Below, piece by piece: positions 39,028 through 48,600 of a stretch of DNA of 64,000 nt. The notes beneath the pieces were generated by a model. It saw only the letters and a program-made list of their open reading frames with translations, did no database searches and was not told the origin of the DNA. The stretch covers positions 96,001-160,000 of the forward strand of contig OZ223267.1 in assembly GCA_965140585.1 (NCBI GenBank), in the 5' to 3' direction. Position 1 is the stretch's first letter; every line of letters starts with the position of its first letter. The translations under genes were made by a program, and so were the position numbers. The stretch is from Spirochaetia bacterium (lineage in GTDB: Bacteria; Spirochaetota; Spirochaetia; UBA9216).

Positions 39028-39823
39028 AACTGCGTATAATCTCGAGCATTCAGCAAAAGCAGATGACTACGTTTTTATCTTTGCCGGGCCCGAGCTTCTG
39101 CTTGTAAATGAGGGACTTCCCCGTGTTTCCGATGTTCCGGGTATTGAGGCTCTTGATGAAGAGCCTGTTTTTCTTGGTGAGCTTGGTGAAAGCAGCTGTC
39201 TTGCTGCATCTGTAATATCAAAGGAAGACTTTTCAATTCCTGAAACCGCAGAGTTCTTGCCGCTTCGTTCAAATCTTTCACTGTTAGGAACTGAAGAGGC
39301 TGCAGCCGCCGGGTTTGCATCCCATATCCTTCACTGGCATAACCGGAGCCGGTATTGCGGCGTATGCGGAAGCCGGATGGACTGGCTGCTGAAGGAACGG
39401 GCGAAGCACTGTGATAAATGCGGAAATACTGATTTTCCCCGCATCTCCCCGGCCATCATCATTGGAATAGAAAAAGATGGTAAAATACTTCTGGCTCACA
39501 ACCGCAGGTTCCCTGACGGACGCTACAGTGTGCTGGCCGGTTTTATGGAACCGGGTGAAACAATCGAAGAGACAGCAGAAAGGGAAGTATTTGAAGAAGT
39601 TGGAATCCGGATAAAAAATATCAAATATCTTGCCAGCCAGAGCTGGTCATTTCCTGATTCCCTGATGATAGGACTAACCGCAGAATATGCAGGCGGTGAA
39701 ATAAAACCGGATGGTGTTGAAATCGAACATGCCGACTGGTTTACTGCTGACAATTTCCCGGCTATCCCGGATCACCGAACGATAGCCAGAAAAATAATAG
39801 ATGAATATGCGAAAAAAAATTAA
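39017..39823 (+). CDS. nudC: NAD(H) pyrophosphatase NudC
   Basis: YCGVCG / CDKCG zinc site, FPRISPAII, Nudix box AGFMEPGETIEETAEREVFEEVG, SQSW.FPDSLM. Confidence 0.95.
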   Translation: MKFKTAYNLEHSAKADDYVFIFAGPELLLVNEGLPRVSDVPGIEALDEEPVFLGELGESSCLAASVISKEDFSIPETAEFLPLRSNLSLLGTEEAAAAGFASHILHWHNRSRYCGVCGSRMDWLLKERAKHCDKCGNTDFPRISPAIIIGIEKDGKILLAHNRRFPDGRYSVLAGFMEPGETIEETAEREVFEEVGIRIKNIKYLASQSWSFPDSLMIGLTAEYAGGEIKPDGVEIEHADWFTADNFPAIPDHRTIARKIIDEYAKKN

Positions 39824-42329
39824 TTCTGAACAGCTCCCTGTATACCGGGAGAAAGAGCGGATACTCCGCTATATTGAAAAAAATCAGGTTGTAGTAGTCG
39901 AAAGCCCAACAGGCTCGGGTAAAACAACACAGCTTCCGCTTATCCTTCACAATGCCGGGTACTCAAAAGCCGGCGTTATAGGCGTAACCCAGCCCCGGCG
40001 TATCGCCGCCCTGTCTGTATGTGAGTACATTGCTGACCAGACCGGTACCGAAACAGGAACACTCGCCGGGTACAAAATGCGTTTTGAGGATGTGACCTCA
40101 CCTGAGACCCGCATAAAAATAATGACCGACGGAATTCTCCTTCAGGAACTCAAAGCTGATCCGTATCTCAGCCGGTATTCGGTTATCATGGTTGATGAGG
40201 CGCATGAGCGAAGCCTTAATATCGATTTTATCCTGGGTCTTCTGAAAAAGGTGCTTGATGAGCGAAAAGACCTCAAAATAATAATTTCTTCTGCAACAAT
40301 CAACGCAGAAGTCTTCTCTGAATATTTTAATAAATGTCCGGTCATCCATATTGATACCGAGATCTTCCCCATCGATATATTCTATGAACCGCCTTCAGTT
40401 GAATCTTCCGATGAGGAGATGATCAGAAAGATTACAGAAATTGTCACAAGGACTGTCCGTAAGAATTACGGCGGCGATATTCTTATCTTTCTACCCGGTG
40501 AAAAGGTAATTAAGGACTGCATCAAGTCTCTGAGCACCTCGGATGTAAGAAAGAATCTTTTCATACTTCCGCTGTATGCCCGGCTCAGCAGGGAAGAGCA
40601 GGAGCAGGTATTTATTGACACCCCTGAGGGGAAAACAAAGGTAGTTGTGAGCACCAATATTGCTGAAACCAGCGTCACTATAGACGGCATTGCTACGGTA
40701 ATTGACTCTGGCAGGGCTAAGATCAATTTCTACAGTCCCACCACCTACACATCATCGCTGGTTGAAAAACCGATTGCAACCGCCTCCTGCAACCAGAGGA
40801 AGGGCCGCGCCGGGCGAACCGGTCCGGGCAGATGCTACAGGCTTTATTCAAAGCAGGATTTTACCGACCGGCCGATGTTCACTCTTGAGGAAATCTACCG
40901 GACCGACCTCTCCGAAGTAGTCCTGCGTATGGCTGAGCTTGGAATAAGCGAATTCAGTGAATTTGATTTTATATCTCCTCCCGGAAAGGATGGGATAGTT
41001 TCGGCGGTTGAGACTTTAAGGCTGCTTGGCGCTCTGAATGATGAGAACGGTCTTTCAACTATCGGTGAAATGATGGCTGCGTTTCCTATGCTCCCCAGGC
41101 ATTCGAGGATGATCGTTGAAGCTATAAACAGGTATCCCGATGTTCTTGAGGAAACCATTACTGCCGCAGCATTCCTGTCCGCACATTCTCCTTACCTGCT
41201 TCCCCAGGGCGAAGAGATGGCTGCCAGAAGCGCACATCACAGCTTTAGCGATACTGGCGGAGACTTTGTTTCATACCTGAAGCTTCTTGATGCTTTTCTT
41301 GAAGCTGACGATAAAGAAAAGTTCTGTACACGTTTCTATCTTGATGAAAAAACAATGACTGAGATAAACAATATTAAATTTCAGATAGAGGAAATTGTTC
41401 GTGAAATCGGAGTTCCTATCTCCGCGGGCGGAAGTACTGAGGATTATCTATGTGCTGTTTCCGGCGGACTGATGCAGTTTGTCTGCTGCAGGACAGGACG
41501 CGGTGTTTACCGCAGCCTTACTGCCGAGCAGATTCTGATACATCCGGGCTCGGTCATGTTCAGGGAAAACCCGCGGTTCATCGTGGCCGGTGAGGTTGTC
41601 CGTACTTCACGTATGTTCGCACGTTCGGTTTCACCCCTTAAAAAGGAATGGCTTAAACGAATCTCGGAAGACCTCTTTTATGAGCTGGTCATCTATAATG
41701 AAGGGCAGCAGTCCGACGGCCGTCAGCAGGACGGACAGAGAGGCGCACGGCGGGAAAAAGGGCAGAAGCAGGAAGGGCGTAATGGCACCGGAGTTACAAT
41801 CGGGGGCGTAAGCTTCGATGTTAAGCCCTGGAAAAGCAATAAAAAGATTGTAGAACTGCCCTGGAGTAAACTCAGGCCTGTAATTGAGCGCTTAAGTGAA
41901 AATGATCTTTCACGGATAAAGAAATACCGGGGTAATGTCCTTGTAGGGGGCGGAGAATTTCTTACCGGCATGAGGATGCGTACAATTATAAAAATCTGCA
42001 GTGTTGTTGATCCTGAGAGGGATTCAACCATGGAGATGCCTGCCGCCTTTTTTGCTGATGAAAGTGTGGACTGGGCGCCTGTTATTGCGGGTATGAACAA
42101 AATAATGAAATTGTACCGTAAGGAGCGACGCAAGAAAACTTTCGGGTTTATTACACTCCATACCGACGGTAACCGGAGCTACTGGTATCAGGCCGGCAGG
42201 AGCTTTACTTCCTCTATCCAGGAAAGTATTTCAAGTCTTGAGGTCCTTGCGGATCAGACCTCCGACAATGATGTTCTGAAGAAAGTCAGTTCTGTTTATC
42301 GCAGGTTGAATGAACTTCTTGAATTGTAA
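39801..42329 (+). CDS. hrpA: DEAH-box ATP-dependent RNA helicase, HrpA-like
   Basis: SPTGSGKTTQ, TQPRRIAA, DEAHERS, SAT, TNIAETS, QRKGRAGR, HA2 and OB (IHPGS) regions. Confidence 0.93.
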   Translation: MNMRKKINSEQLPVYREKERILRYIEKNQVVVVESPTGSGKTTQLPLILHNAGYSKAGVIGVTQPRRIAALSVCEYIADQTGTETGTLAGYKMRFEDVTSPETRIKIMTDGILLQELKADPYLSRYSVIMVDEAHERSLNIDFILGLLKKVLDERKDLKIIISSATINAEVFSEYFNKCPVIHIDTEIFPIDIFYEPPSVESSDEEMIRKITEIVTRTVRKNYGGDILIFLPGEKVIKDCIKSLSTSDVRKNLFILPLYARLSREEQEQVFIDTPEGKTKVVVSTNIAETSVTIDGIATVIDSGRAKINFYSPTTYTSSLVEKPIATASCNQRKGRAGRTGPGRCYRLYSKQDFTDRPMFTLEEIYRTDLSEVVLRMAELGISEFSEFDFISPPGKDGIVSAVETLRLLGALNDENGLSTIGEMMAAFPMLPRHSRMIVEAINRYPDVLEETITAAAFLSAHSPYLLPQGEEMAARSAHHSFSDTGGDFVSYLKLLDAFLEADDKEKFCTRFYLDEKTMTEINNIKFQIEEIVREIGVPISAGGSTEDYLCAVSGGLMQFVCCRTGRGVYRSLTAEQILIHPGSVMFRENPRFIVAGEVVRTSRMFARSVSPLKKEWLKRISEDLFYELVIYNEGQQSDGRQQDGQRGARREKGQKQEGRNGTGVTIGGVSFDVKPWKSNKKIVELPWSKLRPVIERLSENDLSRIKKYRGNVLVGGGEFLTGMRMRTIIKICSVVDPERDSTMEMPAAFFADESVDWAPVIAGMNKIMKLYRKERRKKTFGFITLHTDGNRSYWYQAGRSFTSSIQESISSLEVLADQTSDNDVLKKVSSVYRRLNELLEL

Positions 42330-42368
42330 CAGATTGTAACAGAATCTATCATCATCTGAAGGCCGGAA

Positions 42369-42384
42369 TGGCATAAATCCTGCA
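42369..42384 (+). promoter_or_regulatory. Sigma54 (RpoN) -24/-12 promoter
   Basis: TGGCATAAATCCTGCA = TGGCA...TGCA with exact GG-N10-GC spacing, 13 nt before ATG 42398. Confidence 0.6.
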
Positions 42385-42397
42385 ATTCGGTCTCCAG

Positions 42398-43258
42398 ATG
42401 AAAAATAAAGATACCCTTACAAAAAAAGTATTAACATGGCAGAAAAGCGGCGTTGGATATGAAGACCTGGTAAAAGAAATATCAGCCATGGTTTATTCGT
42501 ACCCGAAACGGCATTTCTGCTGGACCGAGGATCAGTGTTCCGATTTTTATTGTTATTTCTATAAAAGAATAGAAAAAATTATGAATGGCTTCAGATACTG
42601 CGGTATCCCGTTCAGAAGCTACTTGTATAGAAGTATTAAATGCCAGGTACACACTTTTCACCGTAAAACACAGAAAAAGCAGCAGCAGAATGCCCTTTTT
42701 TTTCATGAATCAAAGATTCTGATTGAGGAACATGGCGATTTCATGAAGTCTTCAAAGCTCAGACCTTCCGGACATGCTGTACATCTTCTTCAGCTTGACA
42801 GAAGAAAGGACATGTTGAATACAGGAGCAGGACGGCGTGTGATAATGCTGGCCTTAAAAAGTGCACCTTATCTCACAGACAGCCATATTGAAGCTGTTTC
42901 AAAAATGACAGGATGTTCCGAGGACTGGTTTTTTGAAAAAGTAAGCAAATTACGCAGAATAACAGAACGCAGGAATAAAAGAATTAAAGAGTTCGATCTG
43001 AGGATTAACAGGGCATATATGCAGATCTATCAGCTTCATACTGAAATAAGCAGCGGACTCGCGTTTGAAACCGATGAAGTTGAAAATAAGCTGTCCTCAG
43101 TAAAGCAGAGGATGGATAAAGCCCTGAAAGGCAGGGAAAGCCTCCGGACTGTCCCTACCAACCGGGAGATTGCAGATGTGCTGGATGTCCCGAAAGGTTC
43201 AATTGATTCGGGACTTTATTACATCAAAAAAAGTCTCCAGCCCCTGCTTGAAGAATAA
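42398..43258 (+). CDS. Divergent sigma70-family (ECF-like) sigma factor with a long central insert
   Basis: Region-2-like D..SDFY.YF......F...G.PF.SYL...I; C-terminal region-4.2-like HTH PTNREIADVLDVPKGSIDSGLYYIKK. Confidence 0.6.
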   Translation: MKNKDTLTKKVLTWQKSGVGYEDLVKEISAMVYSYPKRHFCWTEDQCSDFYCYFYKRIEKIMNGFRYCGIPFRSYLYRSIKCQVHTFHRKTQKKQQQNALFFHESKILIEEHGDFMKSSKLRPSGHAVHLLQLDRRKDMLNTGAGRRVIMLALKSAPYLTDSHIEAVSKMTGCSEDWFFEKVSKLRRITERRNKRIKEFDLRINRAYMQIYQLHTEISSGLAFETDEVENKLSSVKQRMDKALKGRESLRTVPTNREIADVLDVPKGSIDSGLYYIKKSLQPLLEE

Positions 43259-44083
43259 TCAGATTGTTTTAAGCTTTGTACTTAAAATAGCTTGCTCAAC
43301 AGGAAATCTTTTCAATCCGAAGCGATCGGCAATTTCCGAACATCCGTCGAGTGAGGACAGAACGTTTTCGGGCTTATGGGCATCAGAATTATAAACAACC
43401 TCGATATCGTAAGCAGCAGCTTTTTCCCAGAAGGGCAGCAGCGGATATACGTGTCTTTTCCCCTCGGGGGTATCAACCATGTTCTTCCGGAGTCCGTATC
43501 CGTTAATTTCAAGCGGTATTTTATATTGCTCGGCAGCCGACAGAATATCTGCTGCGCAGGCATCGGCGTTCTCATCCCACTTCATATATCCGTAGCCGAA
43601 ACTGTCGGGGTGGGCAATGAAGCTGCAGTAACCGCTTTCCATTAAATCAACAGTCTCCTTGACAAAGGATCTCAAATGCGCTGCTGAACTTGCCTCTTCC
43701 AGCCATATCCAGCTGCCGTTGTGCTTTATCCAGTGAACACCTCCAATCAGGTAATCAATATCATTACGGGAAAGGATAACGTCTTCATAGTATGAAGAAA
43801 AAGCCTTAACAATATCCATCTCAAACCCTCCCAGCACATTAATCCCTGGAAAGAGCTCACGGGCTTGTTTTATTGCATTAAAGTATCCGTCAAGGTCTTC
43901 TTCTTCCATCCGGTAGGCAGTCCATATTCCTTCAAGCATGGGCGGATGTTCTGTGAATCCTATGGAGCTTGCATTTTGTTCAGATGCTTCTTTAAGGTAA
44001 TCTTTTATATCTCCTGTTGCATGTTTGCAGCGGTAGGTATGTGTGTGAAAATTAAATTTCTGTTGAGTATTTCTATTATTCAT
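43259..44083 (-). CDS. PHP-family phosphatase (HisJ/HisK histidinol-phosphatase-like)
   Basis: NFHTHTYRCKHA, GFTEH, GFEMD, IGGVH, AHPD, EIN, NSDAH. Confidence 0.9.
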   Translation of the reverse strand: MNNRNTQQKFNFHTHTYRCKHATGDIKDYLKEASEQNASSIGFTEHPPMLEGIWTAYRMEEEDLDGYFNAIKQARELFPGINVLGGFEMDIVKAFSSYYEDVILSRNDIDYLIGGVHWIKHNGSWIWLEEASSAAHLRSFVKETVDLMESGYCSFIAHPDSFGYGYMKWDENADACAADILSAAEQYKIPLEINGYGLRKNMVDTPEGKRHVYPLLPFWEKAAAYDIEVVYNSDAHKPENVLSSLDGCSEIADRFGLKRFPVEQAILSTKLKTI

Positions 44084-44141
44084 GATATATCATTCTCTAA
44101 TTTTAATTGATATTTATCAAGCAGGCCAGGCAAGAATTGAT

Positions 44142-44191
44142 TTGACATTTTCACCGAATGCTTTATAATGAAACTGGTAATTTCACCGAAT
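44142..44191 (+). promoter_or_regulatory. Consensus sigma70 promoter with two direct-repeat operator candidates
   Basis: TTGACA (44142)-16-TATAAT (44164); TTTCACCGAAT at 44149-44159 and 44181-44191. Confidence 0.75.
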
Positions 44192-44228
44192 ATATTCAAT
44201 AACTACAAACTATTTACAGAGGATAATT

Positions 44229-45227
44229 ATGAACAAGAGGGAAAACTGGTACAGACTATTGACCAATGATAATCCGGGATGGATTTCGACTCCGTGGGAG
44301 GCGTTTGACGGTAATTATTTCGGAAATGCCTTTATTCTGGAGCCCATAAGTATTGCCGTAAAGGGTGATCAGAAACCTGGAACCTTTCTTGATCAATGGG
44401 GAGTTACCTGGATGCTTCCGGAAGATCATAAGTTTCCAAATCCCTATGTGACAACAGAAAACAAGGCAATCAAGAATATAAAAAACTGGGAGAATGAACT
44501 GATTCTTCCTCCTCTCAGCGGACATGACTGGACTTCCGCTAAACAGAAGGCTGATTCTGTGAACCGTGAGGATTCAATTGCCTGCTGTATGGTTGTAGGC
44601 GGATTATTTGAACGCACACATTATCTGATGGGCTTCGAAGACGCCCTTATAAACTATATGCTTGAGCCGGAAGCCATGTCGGCCCTTATCGGAGCAATAA
44701 CAGACTGGAAGATTGAACACCTCAGGCAGATTATAGAAAACCTCAATCCTGATGTTATTCTTTTTCACGATGACTGGGGCAACAAGGACAATCTTTTCAT
44801 GCAGCCTGATATCTGGCGAAGCGTTATCAAACCTCATCAGCAGAAAATAGTTGATTTTGTGAAATCAAGGAAAGTCACTTATCTCCACCATTCAGACAGT
44901 ATCTGTGAACCGATAGTTGAAGATATGGCTGATATGGGCATTGAGGGCTGGCAGGGGGTTATACCCCAGAATGACATCCACTCCATCCAGCAGAGGCTTA
45001 AAGGAAGGATGGCCCTTATAGGCGGAATAGACGCACAGGTAATAGATATGCCTGAAGCAGATGAAGCTCTGATAAGGCAGGAAGTCAGAAACTGCATCGA
45101 TACCTATTGTCCCGCAGGTTCATTTATTCCATGTATTCCCAATATTCAGCCCATGCATGCCGATGTTGCGGAGATCTATAATGATGAACTTGAAACTTAC
45201 GGCCGCTCTTTCATGGAGAAACGCTGA
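44229..45227 (+). CDS. Uroporphyrinogen decarboxylase-superfamily protein (MtaA/CmuA-like methyltransferase clade)
   Basis: D.WGVTW, GLFER.H.LMGFE, HDDWG, H(H)SDS, GGIDAQ. Confidence 0.85.
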   Translation: MNKRENWYRLLTNDNPGWISTPWEAFDGNYFGNAFILEPISIAVKGDQKPGTFLDQWGVTWMLPEDHKFPNPYVTTENKAIKNIKNWENELILPPLSGHDWTSAKQKADSVNREDSIACCMVVGGLFERTHYLMGFEDALINYMLEPEAMSALIGAITDWKIEHLRQIIENLNPDVILFHDDWGNKDNLFMQPDIWRSVIKPHQQKIVDFVKSRKVTYLHHSDSICEPIVEDMADMGIEGWQGVIPQNDIHSIQQRLKGRMALIGGIDAQVIDMPEADEALIRQEVRNCIDTYCPAGSFIPCIPNIQPMHADVAEIYNDELETYGRSFMEKR

Positions 45228-45244
45228 TCTTCGGGGTTTTTATG

Positions 45245-45272
45245 TTGACAGCCTGTACTCAGCTGTTATATT
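45245..45272 (+). promoter_or_regulatory. trpR promoter, probably leaderless
   Basis: TTGACA (45245)-16-TATATT (45267) with extended TG, 7 nt before ATG 45280; no SD. Confidence 0.6.
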
Positions 45273-45279
45273 TAACTTT

Positions 45280-45561
45280 ATGGAAGTTAAAGAAATAAAA
45301 ACAAATCTTGAAGAATTGTCACGGGCTCTATCCAGGGTTGACGATCCCGCTTTGATATTTAGATTTCTCGAATGTCTGCTTACTCCCAATGAGATGAGCG
45401 AGGTGGCCAGCCGCTGGGCTCTGGTTAAAATGCTTGACGACGGTATAAGCCAGAGGAGCATTGCCAGTACTCTGGGCCTCAGCCTATGCAAGATTACCCG
45501 CGGTTCCAAGGAGCTGCAGAAAGATGATTCCGCATTTAAAAAGATGATTGATATCTCCTGA
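45280..45561 (+). CDS. trpR: Trp repressor family regulator
   Basis: LLTPNE...VASRW.LV..L..G.SQR.IA..LG.SLCKITRGS..L; start moved to ATG 45280. Confidence 0.85.
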   Translation: MEVKEIKTNLEELSRALSRVDDPALIFRFLECLLTPNEMSEVASRWALVKMLDDGISQRSIASTLGLSLCKITRGSKELQKDDSAFKKMIDIS

Positions 45562-45589
45562 TTTTTATTGACGTGCTTCTGTATTAATG

Positions 45590-45605
45590 CTAAACATTTG
45601 TATAG
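45590..45605 (+). promoter_or_regulatory. Imperfect 16-bp palindrome; LexA-like (SOS) box candidate
   Basis: CTAAACA-TT-TGTATAG immediately before the dnaE2 ATG, 16 nt after TTGACG. Confidence 0.55.
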
Positions 45606-45609
45606 TATT

Positions 45610-48600
45610 ATGAGGAAGCACGGGAAAACTGTAACACATCTTCATTGCCGTTCTCATTACAGCCTGCTTAACGGAATAATGTCTCCTGCCGTGATCTGCC
45701 GGTCAGCAGCTCAAGCCGGAGAAAGTTCTGCGGCTATTACCGATGTAAACAACCTGTATGCACTTCCGGAATTTATCGAAGCTGCTGCAACCTCTGGTAT
45801 CAAACCGGTATGCGGAGCCGCCGTAGCCCTCCCCCAGGAAAACGGGAAAGGCGGCTCGCATCTTTTTACTGCCTACTGCCGGGACAGGAAGGGGTTTGCC
45901 CGGCTCAACAGCATAATATCAAAAATTAACTACAGTTATTCTCAGTATACCGAACGGAAGTTTTACGATCCTGTCTCCGACCTTCTTGAAAACGGCCGCG
46001 ACGGTCTTGTTGTTGTGAGCAACAGGTATGAAGTTATTATGAGGCTGATTGCGGCAGGAAATGAAGACCTGTATTACGGCCTCTACTACGGCACACCCTT
46101 CCGCGATGCTGTAATAAGGGCCCGAAAACACGGAATAAAAACGGCCGCATTAAATGAGGCCGTTTTTTCAGATGACAGCGATCGCTCTGCCCTGGCTGTT
46201 CTTCGGGCTGTCGGGAACAAGAGCACAATTGAGAAAACTTCCGCCGGTTCAGACTGGGCCTCAGCCTGCGGAGCAATGGCTCCCTCGGCCAATATTCTTG
46301 CCGGCGCGGAGCGTATGGACAGTTTTTTTTCATCGGTACCCGAAGCTCTCGCCAATTCTCGCAGAATTGCAGATGAAACCGCCGGCGCCGCGATTCTTCC
46401 CGACAAATGGATTTTTCCGCTTTACAGGGGAATGCATGAGGAGGAGGCAGGCCGGGAACTTTACCGCCTGTGCAGAGCTGCCCTTCCTGTGCGTTACCCG
46501 GAAGAGCAGAGGCCGGGAGCTCCTCTGTCTGTAGGCCGGCCGCCGTTTTCACAAAGAGCAGCCGCTCTGCAGCGCCTCGAATACGAAATGGGCATAATCT
46601 GCCGTAAGGGTTTTGCCGGCTACTTTCTCGTCGTGCGTGACATTGTAATGAGGGCTCCGCGCACCTGCGGGCGCGGCAGTGCCGCATCTAGCATAGTTTC
46701 CTATCTTCTTGGTATAACCCATGTCGACCCGCTGCGGTACAACCTCTTTTTTGAGCGTTTTCTGAACATGGATCGCAATGATCCGCCGGACATCGATGTG
46801 GACTTCCCCTGGGATGAAAGGGAGAAGGCGCTTAACTATGTGTTTGAACACTACAGCGGTTCTTCGGCTATGGTCTGCGATCATGTTTTTTTCAAGAGGC
46901 GGGGTGCTGCCCGTGAAGCCGCTAGGGCTCACGGTATGGATGAGGCCCGCGTGAACGCGCTTATGAAAAACTGGCGCGGGGGCAGGGGAGAGCCTCTTCC
47001 CGATTATGTGGCAGAAACAGCTGCTATGCTTTACCGGCAGCCGCGCTATATCGGAACCCACCCGGGAGGGGTCGTCATTACTCCTGGGCCGATTACCAAT
47101 TATACGCATATACAGCCTTCTGCTTCAGGATATCCCGTTATTGCCTGGGAGAAGGACGGCGCGGAGTCTTCCGGACTGATAAAAATCGATATCCTGGGAA
47201 ACCGCTCCCTGGCTGTTCTTCGCGATACCATCAGGCTGGTAAACCCAGGGCGTGAGAATAAAATTGAGTGGGCATCTTTTCAGCCCTATTCAGATCAGCG
47301 GACAAGGCGCTACATAGAATCAGGCGATACCGCCGGCATCTTTTACATTGAATCACCTGCAACAAGGCAGCTGCTCAAGAAAATGGGCAGAGCCGACTTC
47401 GAGCACCTTGTTGCCGCAAGCTCAATAATTAGGCCGGCCGCAAACAAATGGATTAACGAGTATGTCCGGCGGCTGAAGGGAGGAGCTTACAATCCCCTGC
47501 ATCCGCTTCTTGCGGGAATACTTGATGAGACCTATGGAATTATGGTCTATCAGGAGGATGTCGCAAAGGTTGCCATTGCCGCCGCCGGTTTTTCCCCTGG
47601 AGAGGCTGATCAGCTTAGAAAGATTCTGTCAAAGAAAAACCGGGCTGAGAAACTTCCGGCATGGAGGACTCGCTTTACCGAGGGCGCTGCTTCCAGGGGC
47701 GTTCCTGCTTCCGAGGCCGATGAGCTGTGGGCCGGCATCCTGTCCTTTGACGGTTATTCATTCTGTAAATCTCACAGTGCATCCTATGCCCTTGTCTCAT
47801 ACCGGCTTGCATGGCTCAAGCTTCGTTATCCGCTTGAGTTTATGATATCGGTAATAAATAACGGCGGAGGGTTCTACTCCAGGCAGGTGTATCTGAACAT
47901 TGTAAGACGGATGGGTTTTCCCGTGATGATTCCGGATATAAACAGGAGTCAGAGAAAATACAGTATTGAAAAAACAGAAACCGGAGAGGCCCTCAGAGCC
48001 GGACTCCTTCAGATTCGGGATCTTTCCGGGGATTTTATCGATAAGCTGCTGGCTGAACGTACATCGCGGGGGGATTTCCGCAGTTTCAATGATTTTACCA
48101 CCAGAACAGGGCCTTCATACCGGGATATAAGAATGCTTATAAAATCAGGCAGTCTTGATTCGATTGCCGGAGAGCTTAACAGGCCCCAGATGTTCTGGCT
48201 TTTCTACAGCGGGAACTGCAGCGGAGGATTCTTCGGCAGGCAGCTTGTCCCGGGCCTGAAGGCATACAGCAGAAGGGTCTGCCTCAGCGATGAAATCGAT
48301 ACTTTGAGTCTTTTTTTTTCAGAACATCCAATCGATGTTTTTTCAGACCGAATAAAAAGGAGTTCTCCGCATCCTCTGATCGATTCACGGGCGATAGGGG
48401 GACATATGGGTATGCGGGTTTCCATAGCGGGGACTCTGGCTGCAGAAAAGGAGGCACTCACATCAGATAAAAAGCCGATGTGTTTCATCAGTTTTGAAGA
48501 CCCCTTTTCAATGTTTGAGACCGTATTTTTCCCTGATGCCTGGAAGGCTTATGAGGCTGTAATTTCGTCAGGTTTTGCTTTTATAGTGAGCGGGGTTGTT

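Noticed and set aside
46037-47109. Long antisense ORFs (216 and 186 aa) inside dnaE2
   Set aside because: Shadow ORFs of a relatively GC-rich coding strand with no recognisable motifs. The same applies to the other short nested ORFs in the track.
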